Shown here: piece by piece, positions 49,731 through 59,634 of the stretch
Layout of the letters: each line of letters begins with the position of its first letter
Position numbering within the stretch: position 1 is the first letter of the stretch
The notes under the pieces: model-generated
What the model saw: only the letters and a program-made list of their open reading frames with translations
Databases searched by the model: none
Told to the model about the DNA's origin: nothing
Source: Paludibacteraceae bacterium
GTDB taxonomy: Bacteria > Bacteroidota > Bacteroidia > Bacteroidales > Paludibacteraceae
Direction: 5' to 3'
NCBI GenBank assembly: GCA_045641145.1
Contig: JAZUGJ010000073.1
Location: 12,846-76,845 of the forward strand
Length of the DNA stretch: 64,000 bases
Program-made: the position numbers and the translations under genes

Positions 49731-50450
49731 TCATTTCTTAACTGTTATCTTATCCTTGTAGACCTCGAAAGCAGGGTTTTCCAGATACTTGAAATACGCA
49801 CTTTCGGGAACGAGGATTGATGCTATCGTGGACGGGAAAACCTTGCCAGAAATATACGGCACTTCTTCTCCCAACTCTACCTCACGCAAGCTATCGCAAT
49901 CGGCAAAAGCCCCTTGACCGATACTTGTGATAGAGGGCATATACACGCTCTCAAGGTTGGTGCAATTATCAAAAGCCGTATATCCGATGCTCTCGACTGC
50001 GGGCATATAAACGGACACAACGGATTTGCATCTCTGGAAAGCCTGTCCGCCTATGTCCTGTACACTCGGCATCGTTATATCCCGCAAAGAGATACACCGT
50101 GAAAAGGCATTAACGCCAATCTTGGTGACACTCGGCATATCAACCCGCTCAAGACTATCGCAGTAAGCAAACGCACTTTCGCCAATCTTGGTGACTCTCG
50201 GCATCGTAACGGAAGACAAGGTGTCGCAGTAATCGAAGCAATACGGGCGTATCTGTTCTACATTGCTTTTGATAATAAGCTCTTTGAACCCGCCCTCAAG
50301 TATCACCTTGTAGTCGTTATCCTCTGCTACACGAATACTCAAGATAACATCGTCCATATCCTCAACCGCTATGTCTCCCTCGAAGTTCGTCTTTGCACGG
50401 ATGGCATCCGCAATAGACTTTAAGGTTTCGCCGTTAATGATGTAGTACAT
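49731..50450 (-). CDS. BspA-type leucine-rich-repeat protein
   Basis: Six or more repeats of the form MPSVTKIGxxAFxxCxSLxxV. Confidence 0.75.
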   Translation of the reverse strand: MYYIINGETLKSIADAIRAKTNFEGDIAVEDMDDVILSIRVAEDNDYKVILEGGFKELIIKSNVEQIRPYCFDYCDTLSSVTMPRVTKIGESAFAYCDSLERVDMPSVTKIGVNAFSRCISLRDITMPSVQDIGGQAFQRCKSVVSVYMPAVESIGYTAFDNCTNLESVYMPSITSIGQGAFADCDSLREVELGEEVPYISGKVFPSTIASILVPESAYFKYLENPAFEVYKDKITVKK

Positions 50451-51673
50451 CAGAAACCTACCCCCTCTGCCATTCCGAGGGAAACGGATATTGTATTCGT
50501 TTCAGAGATTGTGATGCCGAAACCAGCTTTCAGTTTGCCCTGCATAGCGGAAAGGCTATTTTCAACATAGTCCTTGTCGGCTTTCTTGTCCAGTTCGGTA
50601 TCCACCGTCAGTTTGTCGGCTTTTGTGTGAAGAACACCGTCAACATAATCTTTATTTGCCTTTGTATTCAACGCATCGTTGACAGCACTTGCGTCTGCTT
50701 TTTCCAGCAACCTGCCAGCAATCGCATCCACCGTGGTCTGGTTCGCTTTCTTCTCGACCTCTTGCTGAACAGAATACAAGGCGGTACTGTCTGCTTTTTC
50801 GGACAGTTGCTCGACCACCTCGTCCAAGGTTTCTTTGTCAGCTTTCTTGTCGATTTCCTGTTCAAAAGTTTCGTTGCTGACTTTCTCATTGAGAGCCGCC
50901 TGTATAGCCGCTTTATCGGCTTTGTCAGCGAGTTTTTCGTCAAGGGTATCTTTACTTACCTTGTCATTCAAATCCGCTTGTACAGCCTCTGCATCGGCTT
51001 TCTTGGCGAGTTCTGCAATAACGGTGCTTGCATCTGCTTTTTTGAGCAGTTCTTCTGCCATCTCTTCCTTGTCCGCTTTTGAGGAAATCGCATTTTCAAC
51101 ATATTCCTTGTCGGCTATGTTCTCGATTTTGCCCTCGACCTCATCCAATGCGGCGAACACCTTGTTCAGAGTGTTCACCAAGTCATTGGACTCGTCCCCA
51201 GCGTCAAAGGTGAATATCTCGTCACGCAACTTCTTGCAGTCCTCGTAGAACTTTTGACAATCGGTGAAGTACTTCAGGGACTGTGCCGTGTTCTGCATCA
51301 TCATGCCCACCCATGTCTGCATAGCCACGGGAACATAGTCCTCCGAGTTCTCTACTGACATAGAAACATAAGTGGTATAGGTTGCGCTCTTTTGCAGGAT
51401 GTTATCGAAGTAAAAATTTATCTCGACAGCACCCTTGCCGGGCTTGCAGGTTTCCGCCGAACCGATAGACCATACAAAGAAGTGCTTGCCGTTCTTGACG
51501 ACGAACTCTCCCATGCAAGCGTAAGGGTATGTTTCGCCGCAACGCTTATTGAGAATGATAACGGTGCAGTCTGAAAGACCAGTAGCAGGGAAGTACACCT
51601 GCGTGTTGCCGTATTCGCCTTGTTTGCCGAGGTGAAGGACATCTACTGGATTTGTTGCATATATCGTTTTCAT
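50450..51673 (-). CDS. tail-fibre-like protein with KADK coiled-coil repeats
   Basis: 407 aa. N-terminal beta domain, then more than 12 repeats of the form xxxKADKxxV/L. Confidence 0.6.
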   Translation of the reverse strand: MKTIYATNPVDVLHLGKQGEYGNTQVYFPATGLSDCTVIILNKRCGETYPYACMGEFVVKNGKHFFVWSIGSAETCKPGKGAVEINFYFDNILQKSATYTTYVSMSVENSEDYVPVAMQTWVGMMMQNTAQSLKYFTDCQKFYEDCKKLRDEIFTFDAGDESNDLVNTLNKVFAALDEVEGKIENIADKEYVENAISSKADKEEMAEELLKKADASTVIAELAKKADAEAVQADLNDKVSKDTLDEKLADKADKAAIQAALNEKVSNETFEQEIDKKADKETLDEVVEQLSEKADSTALYSVQQEVEKKANQTTVDAIAGRLLEKADASAVNDALNTKANKDYVDGVLHTKADKLTVDTELDKKADKDYVENSLSAMQGKLKAGFGITISETNTISVSLGMAEGVGF

Positions 51674-51696
51674 GCCTTACCCCCCTTGTTTAGTTT

Positions 51697-51876
51697 TTAC
51701 AGAAGTGAAGCAAGCTCCACCAGAGCATCTTCCAATTGCTGGATTCGTTCTTCAACTGTAGGTTCTCTATTCAGTTCCTCTTGCTCAATTTCCTGTGCAA
51801 TGCGCTCATAGTCGGCTTCCTCTTCGGGAGTCATCTCACGCAGAACGCCATCTTCTTGGATGTATCTCATTTTCAT
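51697..51876 (-). CDS. hypothetical 59-aa acidic protein (below the ORF-track cutoff)
   Basis: Hand-translated: MKMRYIQEDGVLREMTPEEEADYERIAQEIEQEELNREPTVEERIQQLEDALVELASLL, with a GGAGG RBS. Confidence 0.45.
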   Translation of the reverse strand: MKMRYIQEDGVLREMTPEEEADYERIAQEIEQEELNREPTVEERIQQLEDALVELASLL

Positions 51877-51888
51877 TAACCTCCGGGG

Positions 51889-52755
51889 TTATTTTTTAAT
51901 ATCGTAATCCGTGTCGATATCAGCCCAGAACTCGACTACCATTCCGATAGCGGGCATTGACTCGGATGGGATATACAAGCCTTTGATTGTTTTTTGAGAG
52001 TTTACATAAATGTAAGAACTGCCATAATAGTCCTTGTAGTAATCCGTGAACGGTGAGCCGATAGCGTGATACTGTTGAACAGGAGCGTAATTCGTCACCA
52101 GCGAAGTGGTACTGCTGGAATGGGACTGGTTGAACTCGCTCACCTCTATATCCCAGTATGACATCTGTTCATTTAATGAAAATCGGAAAATCATACTGCG
52201 GGTATACACGCTGTTCATCGTTTGTTCTGGTATCCGTATCGGGAGTACGGTACTCGGGGAAGTGCTTGTTTCAGAACCGATAAGATACATCGTGGATGCA
52301 GGCTTCACAAGGTTCTTACCGCCAGCTTTCTTTCCGTTATACGAGATACGGATAACACCAGACTTGATACCCATATCCGCAAAGGATACAGGTTCTTCTC
52401 CGAAAAAGTCAGACTTGAAAATGTTCTTATAGAACTTACTTGAACTCTTTGCTGTGAAGTCATAAAGCCCATCGTTGTATGTGAATGTCCCATCGCCGTT
52501 GTCCGTGTATCCTGTCATGAAACGGTACTCTGGTGAACTGTCGGACGGATTTGCGTAATACAGAACCTCGTCCTTGCTGGTCTTTGTAATCAGAATACTC
52601 GGAACTGCTCCGTCAACAGACTCCGTTCCATCGGTTGATAGTGAACGACCTACTTCGTTTGCGGTGAACTGGTGCGTCCATATCTTTGCCATGCTTTTGT
52701 TGTCTTTCAGAAAGTGCTTTTTCCCGTTGTAGACAAGGGAGTTTATGTACTGCAA
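51889..52755 (-). CDS. fibre/receptor-binding paralog (YIDxxEVxG family), copy 4
   Basis: Start reassigned to TTG 52755, 7 nt after GGGGGG. The N-terminus QYINSLVYNGKKHFLKD then aligns with MAYLDKIEVYGNEYDIRD of its neighbours. Confidence 0.5.
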   Translation of the reverse strand: MQYINSLVYNGKKHFLKDNKSMAKIWTHQFTANEVGRSLSTDGTESVDGAVPSILITKTSKDEVLYYANPSDSSPEYRFMTGYTDNGDGTFTYNDGLYDFTAKSSSKFYKNIFKSDFFGEEPVSFADMGIKSGVIRISYNGKKAGGKNLVKPASTMYLIGSETSTSPSTVLPIRIPEQTMNSVYTRSMIFRFSLNEQMSYWDIEVSEFNQSHSSSTTSLVTNYAPVQQYHAIGSPFTDYYKDYYGSSYIYVNSQKTIKGLYIPSESMPAIGMVVEFWADIDTDYDIKK

Positions 52756-52771
52756 AATAAGCACCCCCCAA

Positions 52772-53227
52772 TTAGGCTTTTGTGCCGTAAATAGTAATAG
52801 TACCTGTTTGGTATCCTGTGACGGTAATCGTCTTACAGGTGTTTCCATTTGCGGTTGTGATGCCGCATCCGTTCGTGTTCATACTCTGGGAAACTGCGCT
52901 TGACGTGGTCTGAGTAGTATTGCAGAAATAGGTTCTGTAGAAATTAGAACCGATGCAGTCAAACACGCCGAACCAGTACCCACTTGACGCAGTCCCTTTC
53001 AAACTCATTGTACAAGTTTTTCCACCCGCAAGAGTCAGAGTGATTGTTGTAGTGTTAGTACCAAGAGTACCGCCGTTATAAGTAATGATAAGGTTTCTGT
53101 AACCCGCCGTATCAGTATATACCATAGTCCCAGATGAACTCGATATAGTGCCGATTGTTTCGTAATTCCCGCCGTCACGGATATCATACTCGTTTCCGTA
53201 GACTTCGATTTTGTCCAGATAAGCCAT
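52772..53227 (-). CDS. fibre/receptor-binding paralog (YIDxxEVxG family), copy 3
   Basis: MAYLDKIEVYGNEYDIRD... 151 aa. Confidence 0.55.
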   Translation of the reverse strand: MAYLDKIEVYGNEYDIRDGGNYETIGTISSSSGTMVYTDTAGYRNLIITYNGGTLGTNTTTITLTLAGGKTCTMSLKGTASSGYWFGVFDCIGSNFYRTYFCNTTQTTSSAVSQSMNTNGCGITTANGNTCKTITVTGYQTGTITIYGTKA

Positions 53228-53239
53228 GATTATCCTCCG

Positions 53240-53770
53240 TTAAACAGGCACTCCGTATACCTCAAGAGTGCCTTTAAAGTTGTAGCCAGATGTTGTTGGA
53301 TTGGTAATGTATAACCCAGTACATCCACCGTCATAATGGGTGGTCTGCATCATACCGCCGCTTGAGCCTCGAATATCATTATTTACCCCAAGCTCTGTCA
53401 TCCACGATTTCATGTACCCTTTTCCGAACTCCACATACCCGTGCCAGTCGAAACTTCCTGCAACCTTGTTATCCGCTGACGATAGCATAAAGATGCGTGG
53501 AACACTTGTGCTGTTGTTCTTTGCGGGGTCGTTTTGCAGGAATATGTACGAGTTCTTTCTCGGCCCGTGATTGCTGGAGTTGCAATCTATGTGGTAATGA
53601 AAATAAAGTTTTCGCCAATGCGTTATCGTTTGTTCTCCCTCTTGAAGTTTAAGGGATTGTATTACACTTGTACCGCCAGTAAGGTTTATATCCATGATGT
53701 GGACAAACTCTGCGTGGTCTACCAAGTCGTAATCAACCCCGAAAACTTCCATAGTGTCGATATACGCCAA
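53240..53770 (-). CDS. fibre/receptor-binding paralog (YIDxxEVxG family), copy 2
   Basis: MAYIDTMEVFGVDYDLVDHAEFVHI..., ending LEVYGVPV. Confidence 0.55.
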   Translation of the reverse strand: MAYIDTMEVFGVDYDLVDHAEFVHIMDINLTGGTSVIQSLKLQEGEQTITHWRKLYFHYHIDCNSSNHGPRKNSYIFLQNDPAKNNSTSVPRIFMLSSADNKVAGSFDWHGYVEFGKGYMKSWMTELGVNNDIRGSSGGMMQTTHYDGGCTGLYITNPTTSGYNFKGTLEVYGVPV

Positions 53771-54286
53771 TCAGTACGGAACGCCGTATACTGATAATGT
53801 CCCGTTACATCCGAGGCTTGATGACCAGTATATATACAGACCAGTTATGCCGCCAGAGTAATCCCTTGCAAGCCCTGTATTCGAGCTGTCCGTATATAAG
53901 TTCTCGTTCCCGAAGTTCGAGTTCCACGACAAAACCTTTGTCCCATTATCAAGTACACAACCCATGCCGTACCATTTCTTTCCTGTTGTCGCCTTTCCAG
54001 TCATATTAACACGGAACCCGTCCGTGTTCCCCATTGTTCCTGTCTTGAAGTATATTCTGTATCCGTTTGATTTTAGCGAACTATCAGCCGAGGTAAATTC
54101 GAGGTATACCATTCTCCACTTGTTCACCGTTTGTGTTTCGCCGTCAATAGTAACGCTTGCGGTAAGCGTTTTGCTTTGACCTGCCGAAACATCCTGTAAA
54201 ACATAGTCTGCTATATGGACAAACTCTGCTTTCTCGCTCAAAGCATAATCCGTACCGAACACTTCAATGCTATCTATATAAGGCAC
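53771..54286 (-). CDS. fibre/receptor-binding paralog (YIDxxEVxG family), copy 1
   Basis: GTG start. PYIDSIEVFGTDYALSEKAEFVHI..., ending LSVYGVPY. Confidence 0.55.
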   Translation of the reverse strand: MPYIDSIEVFGTDYALSEKAEFVHIADYVLQDVSAGQSKTLTASVTIDGETQTVNKWRMVYLEFTSADSSLKSNGYRIYFKTGTMGNTDGFRVNMTGKATTGKKWYGMGCVLDNGTKVLSWNSNFGNENLYTDSSNTGLARDYSGGITGLYIYWSSSLGCNGTLSVYGVPY

Positions 54287-54346
54287 AATCGCACCCCCGT
54301 TTCTATAACCGTGCGACAGGAGTTATTCCCTGCCGCACGGTTTATC

Positions 54347-54550
54347 TTATCGTTTGATAATGAACTCATTGCCGTTGATAGCGAGATAGGCAATGTTCTC
54401 TGCCATCACTTCTTTCGGCTCGAGGAACGCCCGATAGTAAATCAAAGATACCATCTTGTCGTGTTCATCGTTCTTAATTTTGCACCCTGTGCTTTCAATG
54501 AAATCCCAGACATATCCGTCCTGCGTTCTCTGTTTAAGAGCGATAACCAT
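54347..54550 (-). CDS. hypothetical protein
   Basis: 67-aa ORF. Confidence 0.45.
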   Translation of the reverse strand: MVIALKQRTQDGYVWDFIESTGCKIKNDEHDKMVSLIYYRAFLEPKEVMAENIAYLAINGNEFIIKR

Positions 54551-54575
54551 AGTTTCCCCTCCGAAAAGTAGCTTT

Positions 54576-57500
54576 TTACTTGATTATAAGTTTGTGATTT
54601 GCCGTGTCAATGTCGGTAACTGTTTCACGATTCCAAGCAGTCCAGCCAGTTGTATTGCCAATGTAGATACGCTTGTATGAAGTTGACAGCGGTAAAGAAG
54701 TAGTCGCTGAATATCCCGCCGTAAAGCGTTGCATAACTCTTGTAGGAGTGGAGTGCCAGTCGCCGGGGATAACTTCCAGATAACCAACAGGATGTCCGCC
54801 ACTATCTGTTGTGGGGAAGTTTGCAGAGGATGCAAACAATGTTGTAGTATCGAAGTAGTAGTGACCTGCGGTAGTGAAACTGTTGCAGTCCAGAACCTCT
54901 GTGGACTCGCACACGACTTCGATTTCGCTGTAGCTTGAGTTATCCGTAATCTGGGCAATCTTTGTCTTATTATCATTTCCGTACACAAGGAAACAACCGA
55001 AGCCATCTCTTGCCCGCTCTGCAATTCTTATCCACGGTTTCCATGCACCAGACGCATAGGAACGCATAAACATTGAAGTGCCAGAAACGGAAGTATCCAG
55101 AGAAGTGTAAATCTGGATTGAGCGTGAACCAGAAGCTTCAGCGGAGTACACTTGAAGTACGCCGTACTGGGCAGTTGCCTCGCTCGGCTTGTTTTCGGTT
55201 GAGGTATTGGAAATGTAGTAGATGCCCTGTGTCTTGTAGTTGTTCAAGTCCGTATCCACTTGCGTAATGGCATATTTTTCCAGACGAGAATCAGCCACAT
55301 CTTTGACTGCTTTCGGGGTTGCCGCAAGGTCAGTAGCAGTAGAAGAGGTACTGCTTGACAGCTTGGTAGCACCGTATACGGAAGTGGTAGCGACAGGGAT
55401 GGTTGCGGTATCGCCAGAAACAACAGAAGCCGTTCCGACCTTAACATCGGTAATGCCGCCGCCCCCGCTCACACTCTGATTATCAATACGAGTCCAAGCG
55501 TTATAGGAGTCGCCGTTTCTCGTTCTCATCCACATAGCATTTGATGCCAGACGGAACAGAATCTGAACCATGTACTTGTATGTGCTATCGTATGCGTACT
55601 GGCGCAGAGTGTAGTATGTCGCTGTGTTTGGTGCATCAGATGGTGTGGTGGCGGTATCGAAGTAAGCAGGAGCTTTGAGGTTGCCGTAGATACCGTACAC
55701 TCTGGTTGCCAACGGGAACTGGTCAAAAGAAACAACATCCACTTCAGCATCGTTGACCGTTGCTTTCTTGAACACATCGGGTGTAGAGTCTTTCGTTGTC
55801 TTACTGCTATAGTTATAGACCTTTGTGATATTGGAAATGCCCGCATCGAACATCTTCTTGTCGTTGGCAATTGCCAGTCCGTTGGCAGTAGAAGTTACCG
55901 CAGGAATGGTGGAGAAGTCAACGGAAATCTCGCCGTTGCTCACGGAGATGTTATCGCCGACCTTGACCAGACCGAGTGCGCCTGTAGTTGCGGCGTTATA
56001 AGCCGTTCCGAGCGCATCCCACTTTGAGCCTGTCCAAGCGTAACTCATACCATCGGACTCTGTCGTTCCGCTCCACACATTAACAATGTTTCCGGGATGG
56101 ATTTCTTTGTATCCAGTAGCAGTAGTGCTTCGTGCGGTAACTGTGCCAGAGGAGATGGAGTAGAACTTATTGGTAGCGGTAATCTTGTTCATTTCTGTCG
56201 TACTCTTGACAGAGCCGACATACTCGTATGCGCCGCTGATAGCGGTTGACACGGCAGAACTGATTGCGCTTTGAGTTGCCTTTGAGGACAGCACCGTATC
56301 GTCTGTATCGGTAGAAGAAGTAGTGGACAGCTTCACCAGACCAGCTTTAGTGCTGTTCGCATTGGTAATAGCGGAAGCAGTTGTGTTTGCGGCGGTCGCA
56401 AGGTCATACGCCGCCTTAACCGCCTTTGCGGATGCGATGGTGGTAGAGGATTCGGAGTTGGTGGCATCGGACATAAGGTTATCTGTAAGAACCGTATGCC
56501 AGCTTTGCCAGCCAGTATCCCCGACAACCTTGACTCTGTACCACTCTCTATCCGTTTTAGCGACATTGGAAATCTCATACAAACGCTGAACCAGTCGCCC
56601 GTTACTGTTTGCGTAAGAAATCACTTCGAGTGTGAAGTTAATAGCAGAGGCACTTGTAATCGGGAAGTTATTATCCGCTGTAACACTTCCTGCGGTTGCG
56701 GCGATGTAATAATTACCATCATCCGTATAGGAGTTGAGGTTCATATCCGTACCGCTCTTTGTGGCAACTGCGGCTGACGCAGAACTTGCCAAATCGTATG
56801 CGGCTTTAACGGCACTCGGCGTTGCGGCGGTAGTAGTGCTTGTGCTATCGGTTGCAGTTTCCAGTTGAACAGTACCGACTGAGCTTGTGGATGCGGCGGT
56901 AACGGAAGAACCAGAAATCTTACTTGTACCAGTAAGGGTAATGCCCTTTTCAAAGGTTGCGGCATCCTTAAAGGTAGAAGTTGAGGTCACTTGCAATGTG
57001 CCTCCGACAGAAGCGTTTCCAGTTGTTGACAATGAAGAGGCGGCAAGTGCGCCATCTGTCACAGTCACCTTGGAGCTACTATAAGTCTGCGGGTTTGCCG
57101 CTTGTGAGGTTGCACCGATAAGGTAAATGGCACTCGTGGTATTAGTTGAGCCTGCGGTATTCTTTGTGTTGGTATCGGAGTAGTAGAGGTCTGTAGATGT
57201 GCCGTCAATCGTGATGGTCGCAAGTTTCGTACCAGAAGTAACAGCCCGCTCGACAGAAACCTTTGAGGCATAATCCGTATCCAGAGAAACTGTTCCGTTT
57301 GCGGAAACATTGATACCTGTGCCAGCCTTTGTGGCAACGGGCATCCAGCTACCCCAAGAGCTACCATTGAAAATGCGGATAACGGCATCGTTCGCTGTAT
57401 CAGTCGGTGAGAACCACAACTGCACACAGTAAGAACTCGCCGCAGGAGTATCATTTGTGTTGCCATTGAACACATGAACGATACCCACGCCAGTAGATGG

Positions 57501-59615
57501 CTTGTTATGCGTGCTTGCGTTTGAGTCAGCATTCGCATAATAGCGTCCTGCCGCCTTGATGGTGTTCATGTCAGTTGCGGCAGTAATCGTGGCAACCGCT
57601 TCTCTGTTAACTGTCAATGCTCCGTTCGCATCAACCGCCATTCCGTTTCCGGGCTTCACAACGCCGAGAGCAGAGGCGGTGGCAGTATCGGCGGCGATTG
57701 AAAATGCGCCAGTAGCAGGTGTCAGGGTAATGGCACTTCCCGCCGTGATGGACAATGCGGAAGTTGAAGTGGCAGGATTAACTGCCGTTCCCGCAACTGT
57801 GAGTGAGGAGAAGTTGTTCGGAATATCTGGAATTGAATAGGTCAATCCAAGGGCATCCCAAGTAGAACCAGTCCAGACATAATTCATGCCATCTGATTCA
57901 GAAGAACCGCTCCACACATTCATCACATCGCCTGTGCGGATAAGAGAGTACCCAGAGGCAGTGGTGGTTCTTACGGCAACTGCACCGCTCGTAATCTTGT
58001 AGTATTTGTTTGTGGCAGTAATCTTATCCAGTTCCGTTTTAGTCTTAACAGAACCGACATAAGAGAACGCACTCTTAACACTATCGGGCAAGGCGGTGAT
58101 AGGGATGTTGGTCAATCCAGAACCATCGCCTGTGATTTTCTTTCCGCTTGCGATAGTGACATCGCCGTTAAAGGTTGTCGCCCCGCCAACAGTAAGGGAA
58201 TTAGTCACGGCAATATCCTTTGCGGACAGCTTGCCGCTACCGTCAATGGTAACTTGACTATCGGTAACTGCACCTGTCATAGCCGTTGTAGGTGTAGTTC
58301 CTGTAGCCAGAACAGGTGTAGCAGAAGACGCGGCGGTAACTGCCACAACGGTATCCGTCAATCCAGAACCAGAGGGAACATCGACCTCGGTCAGAAGTTT
58401 GTGCCAGCTTTGCCAGCCGTCCTTGTTCTTATAACGATACCAAGTCTTTCCCTCATTGCCGCCTGCGACCTTGTAGAGTTGCTGAACGGTTCTGCCGCCA
58501 TCTGCGTTATACACAGACAGAACATAACGACAATCCGTTGTGGAGGCTTCGGGGAAGTTATTTTCAAGAGTAACCAGACCGCTTGCATACTGGAAGTAGT
58601 AAGAACCAGCAGTCGTATAGTTATCGAGGTTATTGTCTGTCGCTCTTGTACCAACCCAGTCGGGAATGGTAATAGAAGTAGCTGTGCCGCTACTCGGGGT
58701 CATCGTGATGGTGTTGCCGCTTGCGGATACGGAGTAAGACAGAGAAGTCTGGCGTACCCAATCGGTAGCTTTATACAAATCACCACGGGAATAGTTTACC
58801 GTTTCGCCGTCCTTTGTGTAAGAACCATCGGCGGTGCAGATATACAAAGTTCTCGTAAATTCCTGCTCTGGAATGCTGATGTTCTGGGTAACGGTTCTGA
58901 ATGTCTGCTTGTAGATACGATAAGCAGGGTATGTTCCACCATTGGAAACGGTATAGGTTGTTCTCTCGACCTTGATAAGTGCGAGAACCTTTTCATAACC
59001 CGCTGGTGTATTTTCACTCGGACTTGATGCGTTGTAAGACAGCAGATAGTCCCCGACATAGGAGAAGTCTTTCTCGCCGTGCAGGTTGTTCAAGTTCGCA
59101 CCGACAAGTGTAGGGGCATCGCTGTCATCCAGTTTAACCCAAGCCGCAAACACGCCCGCCACCTTGAAGCGATACCAAGTATCACGGGCGTATCCGTTGA
59201 CCACACGGTACAGTTTCTGAACGCCGTACTGCTCCGCCCCCGTGCCGTATGAACGAACATCAATGATGTAATGTTCCTCAACGGTTGTGGAAGTCGCCGG
59301 GGAGTTCAGAAGTGGTGTGCCGCTCGGTTTGTGAATGTAATATGCGCCGTTAGTAATTGTCGCACTCGTATAATCGTCAAGATTATACGAAGTTCCCTCT
59401 CTTACGCCGACATCAAACAGCAGACCATCTGAAGCGGCATTAGGAACGATGTCCAATGCGCCGCCGCCCTCAATGGTAATGCTATCGGAGTTGGTATCGG
59501 CTTCGAGAGTAATGTCACCAACCACGACCTTGTCGAACTTCACAGAAGTGGTATCGACTACATCGTAGGTTGTCGAGTCAATCATGACTCTGTTAATCTT
59601 CTTGTTTTCAGCCAT
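54576..59615 (-). CDS. giant (about 1680 aa) multi-domain tail fibre with repeated knob-like and DGMNY modules
   Basis: ATG 59615. N-terminal INRVMIDSTTYDVVD. At least 7 knob-like units (xLNxYxxxGxYY...W.R......W..W). Two copies each of GSVK..EL/MDKITATNK.Y and DGM(N/S)Y(V/A)WTGS.WDALG. Confidence 0.7.
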   Translation of the reverse strand: MAENKKINRVMIDSTTYDVVDTTSVKFDKVVVGDITLEADTNSDSITIEGGGALDIVPNAASDGLLFDVGVREGTSYNLDDYTSATITNGAYYIHKPSGTPLLNSPATSTTVEEHYIIDVRSYGTGAEQYGVQKLYRVVNGYARDTWYRFKVAGVFAAWVKLDDSDAPTLVGANLNNLHGEKDFSYVGDYLLSYNASSPSENTPAGYEKVLALIKVERTTYTVSNGGTYPAYRIYKQTFRTVTQNISIPEQEFTRTLYICTADGSYTKDGETVNYSRGDLYKATDWVRQTSLSYSVSASGNTITMTPSSGTATSITIPDWVGTRATDNNLDNYTTAGSYYFQYASGLVTLENNFPEASTTDCRYVLSVYNADGGRTVQQLYKVAGGNEGKTWYRYKNKDGWQSWHKLLTEVDVPSGSGLTDTVVAVTAASSATPVLATGTTPTTAMTGAVTDSQVTIDGSGKLSAKDIAVTNSLTVGGATTFNGDVTIASGKKITGDGSGLTNIPITALPDSVKSAFSYVGSVKTKTELDKITATNKYYKITSGAVAVRTTTASGYSLIRTGDVMNVWSGSSESDGMNYVWTGSTWDALGLTYSIPDIPNNFSSLTVAGTAVNPATSTSALSITAGSAITLTPATGAFSIAADTATASALGVVKPGNGMAVDANGALTVNREAVATITAATDMNTIKAAGRYYANADSNASTHNKPSTGVGIVHVFNGNTNDTPAASSYCVQLWFSPTDTANDAVIRIFNGSSWGSWMPVATKAGTGINVSANGTVSLDTDYASKVSVERAVTSGTKLATITIDGTSTDLYYSDTNTKNTAGSTNTTSAIYLIGATSQAANPQTYSSSKVTVTDGALAASSLSTTGNASVGGTLQVTSTSTFKDAATFEKGITLTGTSKISGSSVTAASTSSVGTVQLETATDSTSTTTAATPSAVKAAYDLASSASAAVATKSGTDMNLNSYTDDGNYYIAATAGSVTADNNFPITSASAINFTLEVISYANSNGRLVQRLYEISNVAKTDREWYRVKVVGDTGWQSWHTVLTDNLMSDATNSESSTTIASAKAVKAAYDLATAANTTASAITNANSTKAGLVKLSTTSSTDTDDTVLSSKATQSAISSAVSTAISGAYEYVGSVKSTTEMNKITATNKFYSISSGTVTARSTTATGYKEIHPGNIVNVWSGTTESDGMSYAWTGSKWDALGTAYNAATTGALGLVKVGDNISVSNGEISVDFSTIPAVTSTANGLAIANDKKMFDAGISNITKVYNYSSKTTKDSTPDVFKKATVNDAEVDVVSFDQFPLATRVYGIYGNLKAPAYFDTATTPSDAPNTATYYTLRQYAYDSTYKYMVQILFRLASNAMWMRTRNGDSYNAWTRIDNQSVSGGGGITDVKVGTASVVSGDTATIPVATTSVYGATKLSSSTSSTATDLAATPKAVKDVADSRLEKYAITQVDTDLNNYKTQGIYYISNTSTENKPSEATAQYGVLQVYSAEASGSRSIQIYTSLDTSVSGTSMFMRSYASGAWKPWIRIAERARDGFGCFLVYGNDNKTKIAQITDNSSYSEIEVVCESTEVLDCNSFTTAGHYYFDTTTLFASSANFPTTDSGGHPVGYLEVIPGDWHSTPTRVMQRFTAGYSATTSLPLSTSYKRIYIGNTTGWTAWNRETVTDIDTANHKLIIK

Positions 59616-59634
59616 ACGCAATCACCCTTTCCTG

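Noticed and set aside
54287-54346. GTCGCACGG...GGGGGTGCGATT (minus strand) upstream of GTG 54286, with two mutually exclusive stems.
   Set aside because: The GGGGGTG part is the RBS itself and there is no ATTAAAAC tail. It is possibly a translational hairpin, but not a supportable CRISPR repeat.
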